Below, piece by piece: positions 41,446 to 51,555 of a stretch of DNA of 64,000 bases. This DNA is from Methanobacteriota archaeon (lineage in GTDB: Archaea > Thermoplasmatota > E2 > JACPAO01 > JAHWKR01): assembly GCA_019347805.1 (NCBI GenBank), contig JAHWKR010000002.1:2137-66136 (forward strand), read 5' to 3'. The notes beneath the pieces were generated by a model. The model worked only from the letters and a program-made list of their open reading frames with translations, did not search any database and had not been told where the DNA came from. Each line of letters starts with the position of its first letter. The stretch's first letter is position 1. The translations under genes were made by a program, and so were the position numbers.

Positions 41446-42282
41446 ATGTCGGAAGACGATTCCGAGGTCAAACCCTCCAATGACCGGGAGATCCAGAAGA
41501 CCTTCCACCGGACGGTGGACGAGGGGACGGCGCGCCTGGATCGCCCATGGTCGGGCCTGCTCGCCACGGGGACGGTGGGTGGGTTCGATGTGGGGATCGG
41601 TCTTCTTGCCGCGCTCGTGGTGCTTGATGCCACCGGTTCACGACTCCTTGCCGCGTTGGCGTTCACCATCGGCTTCATCGCGCTCGTCCTCGGGAAAAGC
41701 GAATTGTTCACGGAGAACTTCCTTGTGCCGGTCGTGACGACGGTGGCGCGAAGGAGACCGGTCCGTCCGCTCGTCCGTCTCTGGTTCGGGACCGGCGTCT
41801 CCAATCTGGCGGCCGGCTGGGTCCTTGGATGGATCATCATCGGGTCATTGCCCCATCTCGAAGGGGTCGCAATCGAAGCGGCGCTCTTGTTCGCGCACCT
41901 TCCGGTCCCCATCGCTTTCGGCCTCGGCATCCTTGGGGGCATCGTCATCACCCTCATGACCTGGCTCGAGCACGGCAGTCAGACGGAGGGGGGGCGGATC
42001 CTGTCCGCCGCGATGGCCGGGTTCCTGTTCGAGGCCGTACCGCTCAACCATTTCATCATCACATCGCTCATCATGTTCTGGGGCATCCATGCCGGCGGCC
42101 CGCTCGATTATCTCGATTGGTTGCGCATCGGTGGGATCGCGCTCGTGTCGAACATCATCGGGGGGATCGTCCTGGTGACGGCGCTGCGGCTCATGCAGAT
42201 CGGCGGAGAGGAGATCCACAAGGAACAGGCGCGACCGCGAGGCGCACGACGTGAGGCCGATGGGGTGGACGAAGAGCGCTGA
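41446..42282 (+). CDS. Formate/nitrite transporter (FNT) family channel
   Basis: Six TMs with an FNT-like pattern (LAAGWVLGWIIIGSL, FLVPVVTTV). Confidence 0.7.
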   Translation: MSEDDSEVKPSNDREIQKTFHRTVDEGTARLDRPWSGLLATGTVGGFDVGIGLLAALVVLDATGSRLLAALAFTIGFIALVLGKSELFTENFLVPVVTTVARRRPVRPLVRLWFGTGVSNLAAGWVLGWIIIGSLPHLEGVAIEAALLFAHLPVPIAFGLGILGGIVITLMTWLEHGSQTEGGRILSAAMAGFLFEAVPLNHFIITSLIMFWGIHAGGPLDYLDWLRIGGIALVSNIIGGIVLVTALRLMQIGGEEIHKEQARPRGARREADGVDEER

Positions 42283-42666
42283 TCACTCGATCTCGACAAG
42301 GACGCGTTTGGCGTCGATGTTCTCGCCGTTCTCCACGCCGACCGATTTCACGGTCCCTTCGACGGGGGAGACGATCTCGTTCTGCATCTTCATCGCCTCG
42401 AGGACCACCAGGACGTCACCGGCCTGGACGACGTCGCCTGCGGAGACGGCGACCTTGACCACCTTGCCCGGCATGGGGGGCTTGACCTGTGTGATGCCGC
42501 TCGCCGCGCCGCCGCCTTTCATGGCACCGGGGACGTTGGGCAGGGCGGGCCGAACGGTGATGGGGTAGGGTCTGCCGTCGACGCGCAGGTCGGTGCCGTC
42601 CACCTCGACGATATGCGCATGTCCATCGGCTTCGAGCTCGACGCGGCCACCCTTCGAGCCGTGCAA
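42283..42666 (-). CDS. Biotin carboxyl carrier protein (biotinyl domain with EAMKM)
   Basis: The TTG-start ORF carries the biotinylation motif. The frame stays open a further 36 codons upstream, to the TGA of the biotin carboxylase gene in the same frame. Confidence 0.75.
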   Translation of the reverse strand: MHGSKGGRVELEADGHAHIVEVDGTDLRVDGRPYPITVRPALPNVPGAMKGGGAASGITQVKPPMPGKVVKVAVSAGDVVQAGDVLVVLEAMKMQNEIVSPVEGTVKSVGVENGENIDAKRVLVEIE

Positions 42667-42774
42667 TACGAAGACGTGTTCGCGTTCGCCGATCGTGACG
42701 GTGATGGTCTCCTTGGTCCGCTCGACCGTGGCCTCGACCTCGTGGTCGCCGTGGGTGGCGCGGATGCGGGGCGT

Positions 42775-44319
42775 TCAGTCCACCCCCCGTCGGAGCGATT
42801 CGCGCCGTGCCACGTGTTTCCATTTCGAACCGCGCACGACCTCGGTCTCCTTGCGGCTGCGGGCGGCCGCGACGAGACGCATATAGCGGTCGGTGCCATG
42901 GTAGGCCTCGATGCCGGCGATGGCGGCGGCAAGACGACGTTCGGCGGCCTGTTCATGGGCGGCGCGGGTGCTTTGCAGGCGGTCCATGATGCCGGAGTCG
43001 CGTACGAAGCCGGTGTGATAGTCGCCGGAGACGAAGGCGTCGTCGCGCAGGACGAGCAGGTGGAAGGGGATGTTGGTGGTGAGTTCACCGACGTCGTACT
43101 CCGACAGGCCACGGTGCAGGCGGCCGATGGCCTGTTGTCGGTCTTCGCCCCAGGCGATGACCTTGGCGACCATCGAGTCGTATGCGGAGGGGACGGTGTA
43201 ACCCGGATAAAGATGCGAGTCGATGCGAATCCCGGGGCCGCCGGGGGGGAGGTAGGTGGCGACGGGGCCGGGGGTGGGCATGAAGTCGGTGAACGGGTCC
43301 TCGGCGTTGACCCGTGCCTCGATGGCCCAGCCGTTGGGGACGAGGTCCTTCTGTTTTCGTGGCAACGCCTCGCCGGAGGCGATGTGGAGTTGCCAGTGGA
43401 CGAGGTCGACCCCGTAGACCATCTCGGTGACCGGGTGTTCGACCTGCAGCCGGGTGTTCATCTCGTTGAAGAAGAAGTCGCCGTCCTCGAAGATGTATTC
43501 GCACGTGCCGACGTTGACGTACTCCACGGCTTCGGCGGCGAGGAGGCTCGCTTCGCCCATCCGCTTGAGGATCTTGTCGTCGACCACCGGGCTCGGGGCC
43601 TCTTCGATGAGTTTCTGGAAGCGCCGCTGGATGCTGCATTCGCGCTCGCCGACGTAGACGCCTTCGCCGTCGGCGTCGCGCGCCACCTGGATCTCGATGT
43701 GGCGCGGCTTGGTGAGGAACTTCTCGAGGAACATCTCGCCGTTGCCGAAAGCGGCGAGCGCCTGCGCCGAGGCGGTCTCGAAACGCTTGGCGAGTTCGCT
43801 CTCGTCGTGGACGACGATCATGCCCATGCCGCCGCCACCATAGGAGGCCTTCAACATGACGGGATAGCCGATCTCGCGCGCCCATTCCTTGGCCGCCTCG
43901 GTGTCGGTGAGCGGGGGGGAGCCGGGGGTGAGGGGGACGCCAGCCTTCTCCATGATGGCGCGCGCCTCGGTCTTGGAGCCCATCGCCGCGATCGACTTCG
44001 GCTTCGGGCCGATGAACGTGATGCCCTTGGCCTCGACGGCGTCGCAGAACTCGGTGCGCTCCGACAGGAAGCCGTAGCCGGGGTGGACGGCGTCGGCGCC
44101 GGTCTCAAGCGCGATCCCCACGATCTTGTCGATGTTGAGGTAGGTGCGGGCGTTGCCGCCCCCGCCGAGGGCGCGGGACTCGGCGGCGAGCCGGGCATGC
44201 AGTCCGTCGCGGTCCTCGTCGCTGTAGACGGCGACGGTCTTGACGCCGAGCTCACGGCACGCCCGGATGACCCGGACCGCGATCTCGCCACGGTTCGCGA
44301 TGAGCACTTTGTCGAACAT
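42775..44319 (-). CDS. Biotin carboxylase subunit (acetyl/propionyl-CoA carboxylase)
   Basis: MFDKVLIANRGEIAVR start, with GGGGAGAGGGAG RBS upstream. ATP-grasp motifs. Confidence 0.9.
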   Translation of the reverse strand: MFDKVLIANRGEIAVRVIRACRELGVKTVAVYSDEDRDGLHARLAAESRALGGGGNARTYLNIDKIVGIALETGADAVHPGYGFLSERTEFCDAVEAKGITFIGPKPKSIAAMGSKTEARAIMEKAGVPLTPGSPPLTDTEAAKEWAREIGYPVMLKASYGGGGMGMIVVHDESELAKRFETASAQALAAFGNGEMFLEKFLTKPRHIEIQVARDADGEGVYVGERECSIQRRFQKLIEEAPSPVVDDKILKRMGEASLLAAEAVEYVNVGTCEYIFEDGDFFFNEMNTRLQVEHPVTEMVYGVDLVHWQLHIASGEALPRKQKDLVPNGWAIEARVNAEDPFTDFMPTPGPVATYLPPGGPGIRIDSHLYPGYTVPSAYDSMVAKVIAWGEDRQQAIGRLHRGLSEYDVGELTTNIPFHLLVLRDDAFVSGDYHTGFVRDSGIMDRLQSTRAAHEQAAERRLAAAIAGIEAYHGTDRYMRLVAAARSRKETEVVRGSKWKHVARRESLRRGVD

Positions 44320-44419
44320 GACGCTCCCTCTCCCCGACACCTGGAGCTATATAAGCGGTCCGGGCGCGTCGGGTGGGCGGCCAAGGGGGTGGCGGATTTG
44401 AGGGTTGCGGGGCGCACCG

Positions 44420-45970
44420 TCAGAGGGGGATGTTCCCATGCTTCTTCTGCGGCCGCGTCTCCTTCTTGTTGAGGAGGCTGCGCAAGCCGTCGATCAAGAC
44501 CGCGCGGGTCTCCGCCGGTTCGATGACGTCGTCGATGTAGCCCTTGCGGGCGGCGATGTAGGGGTTGGCGAACTTGGTGCGGTATTCCTCGACCAGTTTG
44601 TCCTTGGTCTTGGCCGGGTCCTTGGCGCCTTTGAGTTCGTTGCGGAAGACGATGTTGACAGCGCCTTCGGGCCCCATGACGGCGATCTCGGCGGATGGCC
44701 AGGCGTAATTGAAGTCGGCGCGCACATGCTTGCTGCACATGACATCGTAGGCGCCGCCGTAGGCTTTCCTGAGGATGACGGTGAGCTTGGGGACCGTCGC
44801 TTCGCAATACGCATAGAGCAGTTTGGCGCCATGGCGGATGATGCCGCCGTATTCCTGGTCTGTGCCGGGCAGGAATCCGGGCACGTCCACCAAGGTGACG
44901 AGCGGGATGTTGAACGAGTCACAGAAGCGGACGAAGCGTCCCGCCTTGTCGGCGGCGTCGATGTCGAGCACACCGGCCAACACACGCGGCTGGTTCGCCA
45001 CGACACCGACCGGATGTCCGTCCAATCGCGCGAACCCGCAGACGATGTTCTGCGCCCAGTCGCCATGCACCTCCATGAAGTCGCCGTCGTCGACGAGGCG
45101 CCGCACCACCTCGGTCACATCATACGGCTTGTCGGGGGAGTCGGGGACCACCTCGTCAAGGTCGGGTGCGATGCGCGCCGGGTCGTCCGTCGGCACCGCC
45201 CTTGGCGGGTCCTCGAGGTTGTTCGACGGCAGGAACGACAGGAGGCGCTTGATGTCCTCGATGCAGGCCGCCTCGTTCGGCGTGTTGAAGTGGGCGACAC
45301 CGGAGCGCGACGCGTGTGTCTCGGCGCCGCCGAGTTCGTCGAAGGTGACCTCTTCGTTGGTGACGGTCTTGATGACGTCGGGGCCGGTGATGAACATGTG
45401 GCTCGTGCCGTCGACCATGAAGATGAAGTCGGTGATGGCGGGCGAATAGACCGCCCCTCCGGCGCAGGGGCCCATGATGGCGCTGATCTGCGGGATGACC
45501 CCCGAGGCGATGGTGTTGCGGAAGAAGACCTCGGCGTAGCCACCGAGCGCGTCGACCCCTTCCTGGATGCGTGCACCACCGGAGTCGTTCAACCCGACCA
45601 TCGGCGCGCCGTTCTTGAGGGCCAGGTCCATGACCTTGCAGATCTTTTCCGCATGGACGAGCCCGAGGCTGCCGCCGAAGACGGTGAAGTCCTGGGCGAA
45701 GACGTAGACCAGGCGGCCGTCGACCGCGCCGTAGCCGGTCACCACGCCGTCGCCCGGCACCTGTTTCTCCTCCATGCCGAAGTCGTGGCAATCGTGGACG
45801 CGCATGGCATCGAGTTCACGGAAGCTCCCCGGGTCGAGGAGGAGGCCGATGCGTTCACGGGCGGTGAGCTTGCCGGCCTTGTGCTGGCGCTCGATGCGCT
45901 CCTCGCCGCCGCCTTTGTGGGTGCTCTTCTTGCGCGCGCGGAGGTCCGCGATCTTCCCCTGCATGGACAT
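44420..45970 (-). CDS. Propionyl-CoA/acetyl-CoA carboxylase carboxyltransferase (beta) subunit
   Basis: 516 aa from [10 protein letters not shown]..., with both CT subdomains. The 733-aa track ORF is an N-terminal over-extension. Confidence 0.9.
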   Translation of the reverse strand: MSMQGKIADLRARKKSTHKGGGEERIERQHKAGKLTARERIGLLLDPGSFRELDAMRVHDCHDFGMEEKQVPGDGVVTGYGAVDGRLVYVFAQDFTVFGGSLGLVHAEKICKVMDLALKNGAPMVGLNDSGGARIQEGVDALGGYAEVFFRNTIASGVIPQISAIMGPCAGGAVYSPAITDFIFMVDGTSHMFITGPDVIKTVTNEEVTFDELGGAETHASRSGVAHFNTPNEAACIEDIKRLLSFLPSNNLEDPPRAVPTDDPARIAPDLDEVVPDSPDKPYDVTEVVRRLVDDGDFMEVHGDWAQNIVCGFARLDGHPVGVVANQPRVLAGVLDIDAADKAGRFVRFCDSFNIPLVTLVDVPGFLPGTDQEYGGIIRHGAKLLYAYCEATVPKLTVILRKAYGGAYDVMCSKHVRADFNYAWPSAEIAVMGPEGAVNIVFRNELKGAKDPAKTKDKLVEEYRTKFANPYIAARKGYIDDVIEPAETRAVLIDGLRSLLNKKETRPQKKHGNIPL

Positions 45971-46075
45971 GGGACAAGGCCGCGGGATGAAGGGGCGGTT
46001 CTTAAGGGGTGGGGGGCCATCCGACCGGTTGGCGGCACAACAGGCATTTAAACTCAGGGACACTGCCTTCGGCTG

Positions 46076-47170
46076 GTGATCGTTGGCGTGGCAGCCCCAT
46101 ATCCGACCCGACCGAAGGCTCTGGCGACCGCGCTTCTCCTGGTGCTCCTCTTGGCTCCCATGACGTTCACGGGGTCCTCCCTGGGTAGCGTTGGTGAGGC
46201 GGCGGCCAACCGCCCGGTCTACTATTACCGACAGGGGACGGACATCCATCTGGTGCAACCGCTCGAGGGTACGTCGAACATCACCGATTTCTACGGCTAC
46301 GACTTTACGGACGCGTCGCCGCACACGGGGTTGGAGAAGGCAGATATCAGCCAGATTTTCTTTTATGAGGGTTCGGACGGTGTCAGCCTGGTCCTGCTCC
46401 ACGACACGACGGACATGACGGCCGGAGCGGTGGACATGAGGTTCGAGGGATTTCCTTCGACCGGCAAGTGGGCGATCATGGACGACCTCGAGTGTTGTCC
46501 GGACGATCCGGATTTCGACTCCGACCTTGACACACTGGTGACCTGGGGCTGGGGGACCTGCTGCGCAGACGGCGGCGCGTTCCAAGGAGGCTTGGAGGAC
46601 AATTTCGAGATCACGATCCATTCAGCATGGGACAGTGACGCCACGAAGTGGCGGGCACCGTCGGTCCCCTCCACGAAGACAGCCTGGAATTTTGTGACCG
46701 GCTCGCTGTCGGCCCCCAGCCGGACGTCCTTGTCGAAAGAAGAGCCCTTGGTCATCGGACGTGCGGACCTGAGCCAGATCTCCCACCGCGGCTCCACGGG
46801 GTTCGACGCTTGTGTGCGCACCTGCAAGGACGGACACGAGGACCCATCGATCGGACCGGTCACGACAGGGGACCGCTCCCGGACGTTCACCACCCCGGGC
46901 CAAGTGCACTATATTCGCGTCAATGCCGTCTGGGAGAACGACCTCTACATCCACCACCGTATGCGCCTCTACGTCGAGTGCCTCGATTGTGCCGCTCCCG
47001 AGTTCCTTGTGGCAGAGGGCCGGTCGCCCATTTGGATCAACCAGGTCATCCCCGCATCCTGGGAGACGGACCAATTGCGGTTCCATGTACGCGGCGACGA
47101 CAACCTGCCGTACGGCTCGCGGGTCGAAGCGGACGAGCCGTTCCGCATCTCGGGCTTCGTGTTGTCCTAA
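46076..47170 (+). CDS. Secreted protein with CC pairs, unknown
   Basis: Signal peptide [21 protein letters not shown]. Motifs LECCPDD and [10 protein letters not shown]. Confidence 0.5.
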   Translation: MIVGVAAPYPTRPKALATALLLVLLLAPMTFTGSSLGSVGEAAANRPVYYYRQGTDIHLVQPLEGTSNITDFYGYDFTDASPHTGLEKADISQIFFYEGSDGVSLVLLHDTTDMTAGAVDMRFEGFPSTGKWAIMDDLECCPDDPDFDSDLDTLVTWGWGTCCADGGAFQGGLEDNFEITIHSAWDSDATKWRAPSVPSTKTAWNFVTGSLSAPSRTSLSKEEPLVIGRADLSQISHRGSTGFDACVRTCKDGHEDPSIGPVTTGDRSRTFTTPGQVHYIRVNAVWENDLYIHHRMRLYVECLDCAAPEFLVAEGRSPIWINQVIPASWETDQLRFHVRGDDNLPYGSRVEADEPFRISGFVLS

Positions 47171-47303
47171 CGGTCAGGAATACAGCATGGGCCGAGAACG
47201 GGCCGCCCTCTGCGGATGGTCCCTTGCCTGGTTTGGACCCACTGCCCCCACAACCCATTTATGGGTCTCCCGGGTGCGCCCACACGTGGCGACCACCCAA
47301 GAG

Positions 47304-48008
47304 ATGCCGAGCGAGACGCTTCGTGCCAGTCGCCCGTCGGACCCGGTGTCGCCGCTCGAGAAGGAAGCGCTCAAGCAGATCGCCCTCCTCGGTGGCATCA
47401 TGGAGCAAGTGGAGCTCAATTCCTCCGAGTTCGCGAGCCTCCTTGCGACGTCGCAGCAGACGGCGAGCCGGCGCATCCTGGAACTCGTCGAAGAGGGCCT
47501 CGTCGAGCGCGATCTCGGCGTGCGCAAGCAGCGGCTCAAGATCACCCCGCAGGGGCTCGAGGTGCTGAAGGCGGAACATGCGGCCTATCAACGCATCTTC
47601 GAGCTCTCCGAGACGGTCCATCTCACAGGACGCGTGCGATCGGGGGTGGGAGAGGGCCAGTACTACATGAGCCAGGACGGCTACGTGCGCCAGTTCCGCG
47701 CCAAGATGGGGTTCACCCCCTATCCCGGCACCCTCAACGTGGAACTGTCGGGCCCTGAGGTCAACAAGCTGCGGCTCCTCAAGGCACGCCCGGCGGTCGT
47801 GATCGAGCGCTTCCAGACCGAGGAGCGCACCTTCGGCGGCGTGCACGCCTGGCCCGCGCGCATCTCCGGCAGGGCGTGCGCGGCCATCCTGCCGAACCGG
47901 ACGCACTACACGCGCGTCATCGAGGTCATCGCGCCCGAGCACCTGCGCTCCAGCCTGTCCCTCAAGGACGACGACCCGGTGGAGCTCGAGGTGGAGGTCC
48001 GGGACTAG
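47304..48008 (+). CDS. ribK: CTP-dependent riboflavin kinase (archaeal RibK) with N-terminal wHTH domain
   Basis: YPGTLNVEL and FGGVHAWPARI match the MJ0056-type kinase fold. The N-terminus is HTH-like. Confidence 0.7.
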   Translation: MPSETLRASRPSDPVSPLEKEALKQIALLGGIMEQVELNSSEFASLLATSQQTASRRILELVEEGLVERDLGVRKQRLKITPQGLEVLKAEHAAYQRIFELSETVHLTGRVRSGVGEGQYYMSQDGYVRQFRAKMGFTPYPGTLNVELSGPEVNKLRLLKARPAVVIERFQTEERTFGGVHAWPARISGRACAAILPNRTHYTRVIEVIAPEHLRSSLSLKDDDPVELEVEVRD

Positions 48009-48563
48009 ATGGTGGAGCCGTGGCGCGAAGGGAAAGGGCGCATCGGGGTCCTGCGCATCGGGCACCGCCCGGGCCGTGACAAGCGCATCACGACACATGT
48101 CTGTCTCACCGCGCGCGCCCTCGGTGCGGACGTCGTTTATGTCCATGAACCGGACGAGCGGGTGCTCGAGAGCGTCGACGGGGTGGTGAAGCGCTTCGGC
48201 GGTCCGTTCGAGACCCATCTGGTCGCCTCGTGGCGCGACATCATGCGCAGTTGGAAGGCGCGCGGGGCACAGGTGGTCCACCTGACCATGTACGGCATCC
48301 CGCTCGACGAGGCGGTGTCCCGGCTCGACGCGGAGCGCGACCTCCTGGTCGTGGTCGGCGCCGAGAAGGTCCCGTGGGAAGTATATGAAGAGGCGGAGGT
48401 GAACGTGTCGGTGGGCTCGCAGCCGCACAGCGAGGTCGCCGCCCTCGCCTTGTTCCTCGACCGGGCCACAAAGGGAGAATGGGACCTTCGCCCTTTCGAG
48501 GGTGAGGTCCGAGTCGTCCCGAGTGAGAAGGGCAAAGCGGTATCTAAAGGGAACGCACAATAG
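48009..48563 (+). CDS. tRNA (cytidine56-2'-O)-methyltransferase aTrm56 (SPOUT)
   Basis: GVLRIGHRPGRDKRITTHVCLTARALGAD matches the Trm56 signature. Confidence 0.8.
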   Translation: MVEPWREGKGRIGVLRIGHRPGRDKRITTHVCLTARALGADVVYVHEPDERVLESVDGVVKRFGGPFETHLVASWRDIMRSWKARGAQVVHLTMYGIPLDEAVSRLDAERDLLVVVGAEKVPWEVYEEAEVNVSVGSQPHSEVAALALFLDRATKGEWDLRPFEGEVRVVPSEKGKAVSKGNAQ

Positions 48564-48640
48564 GTGATGGCGACGGCGCTCATCCCACGACCGCAAGGAA
48601 GTGGGGGAAGACATGGGACCGTCGGCATGAGGACCTCCCG

Positions 48641-49213
48641 ATGACCAGTTCCGTAGACGTCGAACGCCGCTCCGCATTCGCGACCGCAACCGCCGAATCC
48701 GGCAAGGACTGGATCCCGTCCCTGCAGGACCAGGTGGTGCGCGACTACATCATCGACGCCGCCGGAGAGCAGGGCCTCCTCCTGGCGGAGATCATCGAGG
48801 AGAGCCAGCCCATCCTCGGCGTCGACCTCGTCGAGCTCGTCGAGGACAAACCGTCCAACGTGCGCCGCTCGCTCTACAAGCTCGAGGAGGCGCGGGTGGC
48901 GCAATACGCCACCGACACCGACAAATCGGGTTGGGAGACCTTCACCTGGACCTTGTCGCTGAACGAGGTCAAGTTCGTCATCAACCGGGAGCGCAAGGCG
49001 CTCCTTGAACACCTCCGGAACCGTCTCAACTTCGAGGAGCTCACCACGTTCTTCCAATGCCCCGAGGAGCACCCGCGGGTCGACTTCGAGACAGGCACGG
49101 AACTCGGTTTCCGCTGTCCCACCTGCGACCTCCCGATGGACAATGTCGACAACACGTCCGACATCGAGCGCCTGAAGGAGCAGATCGCCGAACTCGAAGA
49201 CGTCGTCTTCTGA
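48641..49213 (+). CDS. tfe: Transcription factor E (TFE, TFIIE-alpha homolog)
   Basis: Winged helix plus Zn-ribbon (CPEEHPRVDFETGTELGFRCPTCD). Confidence 0.8.
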   Translation: MTSSVDVERRSAFATATAESGKDWIPSLQDQVVRDYIIDAAGEQGLLLAEIIEESQPILGVDLVELVEDKPSNVRRSLYKLEEARVAQYATDTDKSGWETFTWTLSLNEVKFVINRERKALLEHLRNRLNFEELTTFFQCPEEHPRVDFETGTELGFRCPTCDLPMDNVDNTSDIERLKEQIAELEDVVF

Positions 49214-49360
49214 GGCGACGACCGACAAGCGACAAGACACGCATCGGCCGAGACCGGAGGGGGAGTGTCTCCTCACGCTGACCGGGACCCGTCGACCTTT
49301 TTCCCGGTCGTCCTTCTACACCGCCCTCGCCCCTCTTATAGATGAGGAGGTGAAGAGCTC

Positions 49361-50593
49361 GTGATGGCGTTCGACCTGGCGACGGCCCACCTCGGGACCG
49401 CGGTCGCCACCGGGCTCGCGTACCTGTTCGTCGCCTGGCTCGTCGCCCATCGTGAGGTCCCGGCGCGCTTGCGCGCCGCCCGCGGCGCTTTCTGCTGGTG
49501 GTGGGTCACCCTCGCCATGATGGCACTCCTCGGTTTCTTCCCCGGGCTTCTCACCACCCCTCTTGCCGACCAGAAGGCCGTCGTCGTTTCTTTGGGTACG
49601 ATGTTGTTGATCACCGGCGGGAGCGCCGCTATCCTCTATTACCAGGCCGTCCTCCTTGGCATCACCAAGTGGCCGGGACGCGTCGTCGCCGTCTATTACA
49701 CCGGGATGTTCCTCGGCTACACCGCCTTCGTCCTCTCGGCCGGACCCGCGTCCGACGGTCGCTTCGGTTCCATCGTCTATTCCAACGCCTGGATCGCCCC
49801 CGGCGGCACGCTCCACCCGGCGCTCACGATCAGCTATTTCTGGTTCATGCTCGGCCCCGGCCTCATCGGGACCGCGGTCCATCTGTGGGCCACCGACCGG
49901 TTGCAGGACAAAGAGGTCCGGGAGCGCTCCTACACGATCGCCGCGTCTCTCTTCGTCTGGTATCTTTTCGTCCTCGTCGGCTCCATCAGCATCCTCTCGG
50001 GCGCGGTGCCGCCCTGGCTGCTCTTCACTGCACGCATGGTCAACCTGGTCGCCGTCGCGATGGTCTGCCTCGCGCTCTTCCGGTCCCGACAGACAGGTCC
50101 GTTTCCTGGTGCTGTGTCGGACCTGGTCACCCATGGCGCACAGGGCGACATGGGACGCAAGCACGTGCTCCTCGTCGACGACGAAGCACCCATCCTGGAG
50201 TCCCTCTCCATCATCCTCGAGGAGTTCACCGACTCTGGTCCCAAGATCTGGCTGGCCCGCTCCGGCGAAGAGGCGGTCGCGCTCCTGGACCAGGAACGGT
50301 TCGACCTCATCATGAGCGATTACCGCATGAACGGCCTCTCCGGTGCCGATGTGCTCGAGTGGGCCGCACGCGTGCAACCGGACGCGGTGCGGGTCCTTCT
50401 CACCGGTTATTCCGAGGACAGTGTCGTCATGGACGCCGTCGAACGCGGCCACGTCCACGCCTATGCGCTCAAACCATGGGACGTGGGAAACATGGTCGCC
50501 GATGTCGACAAATGGCTGACCAGTGACGATGTGCACGAAGCGGCCAAGGAACAGGTGCTCGAGTTCCTCACCCGCAGCCGGGCGCTCGTCTGA
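49361..50593 (+). CDS. Membrane protein (7 predicted TMs) fused to a C-terminal CheY-like receiver domain
   Basis: REC motifs (HVLLVDDE, LIMSDYRMNG, LLTGY, ALKP). No kinase or output domain is present. Confidence 0.65.
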   Translation: MMAFDLATAHLGTAVATGLAYLFVAWLVAHREVPARLRAARGAFCWWWVTLAMMALLGFFPGLLTTPLADQKAVVVSLGTMLLITGGSAAILYYQAVLLGITKWPGRVVAVYYTGMFLGYTAFVLSAGPASDGRFGSIVYSNAWIAPGGTLHPALTISYFWFMLGPGLIGTAVHLWATDRLQDKEVRERSYTIAASLFVWYLFVLVGSISILSGAVPPWLLFTARMVNLVAVAMVCLALFRSRQTGPFPGAVSDLVTHGAQGDMGRKHVLLVDDEAPILESLSIILEEFTDSGPKIWLARSGEEAVALLDQERFDLIMSDYRMNGLSGADVLEWAARVQPDAVRVLLTGYSEDSVVMDAVERGHVHAYALKPWDVGNMVADVDKWLTSDDVHEAAKEQVLEFLTRSRALV

Positions 50594-50599
50594 GCCCGG

Positions 50600-51481
50600 T
50601 CACGACCGACCGGCATCGGCCTTGGTCGCTCCCAACGCCGCGTTGACCGTCTGAGGCACGCCGTCCGGCCCGCGATACTCGATGCGCCGTTCCTTCAGCT
50701 TGCAATGGACATAGCCGAGGAACGCCATGCCGATGCGCACGAGCCCCCAGAATGTCGACTGCCTGGCCAGCATCCGGCCCAGACTGTATTCTCCCCAAAG
50801 ACGGCCATGCTTGAGCGTCAACTGCTTGCGGCCATAACCGTTCCAATAGGCCTGCCGCATGAAGCCCTTGATCGAATCGCGCGCCCGTGCGTAAACGAGC
50901 GCCCGTTTCGTGTGCCGCAGGTCGTGTCCCGCATCGATGGCACGGAAATTGAGGTCGACGTCCTCGGCCGTGATGAACCGCTCGTCGAAACCGCCCACCT
51001 TGAGGAACACCTCGCGGCGATAGGCGAGATTGCAAGAGGGCCACGTCACGTCCTTGCCCTTGTGCTCGAGTTCCACCCGCTGCATGTTCGCGAACGCCCA
51101 ATAGCCCATGTAGCGGGTGTCGCCCGCGACGATGTCCGCCCCGGCGTCGAACGCCTCCAGGATACCCTCGAGCCAGAACGCGTTGGCGATGCAATCGCCG
51201 TCGATGAACGCCACCAGCTCCGAACGCGCATACGCCACACCGGCATTGCGCCCGGCACCGCGCCGACCCGGTACCCGGAACGGCCGCACCTGTGGAAAAC
51301 GGGTCGCGTAGTCCTCAAGGATCTCCCACGTGCCGTCCGTGGAGCCCGCGTCCACCACCACGACCTCGTGCGCCGGCACCTGCGCCACGAGCGAATCCAG
51401 GAGGTCCCGGATGCCCTTCCGCTCGTTGAGGACGGTCGTCACGACCGAGACACGGGGCGAGACAGGAGGGGCCTCCATCAA
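50600..51481 (-). CDS. Glycosyltransferase family 2
   Basis: VSVVTTVLNE, DAGSTDGT and the DGD motif. Confidence 0.8.
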   Translation of the reverse strand: MMEAPPVSPRVSVVTTVLNERKGIRDLLDSLVAQVPAHEVVVVDAGSTDGTWEILEDYATRFPQVRPFRVPGRRGAGRNAGVAYARSELVAFIDGDCIANAFWLEGILEAFDAGADIVAGDTRYMGYWAFANMQRVELEHKGKDVTWPSCNLAYRREVFLKVGGFDERFITAEDVDLNFRAIDAGHDLRHTKRALVYARARDSIKGFMRQAYWNGYGRKQLTLKHGRLWGEYSLGRMLARQSTFWGLVRIGMAFLGYVHCKLKERRIEYRGPDGVPQTVNAALGATKADAGRS

Positions 51482-51555
51482 GGGCCATTCGACCCCGGGG
51501 GTTTTCCGTGTTGCGGATGAGGGAGGGGGACGGACGCTACCGGACCCGCTTCGCC

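Noticed and set aside
42613-46051. 619-aa and 548-aa + strand ORFs
   Set aside because: Antisense to the biotin carboxylase and carboxyltransferase genes, which have clear homology.
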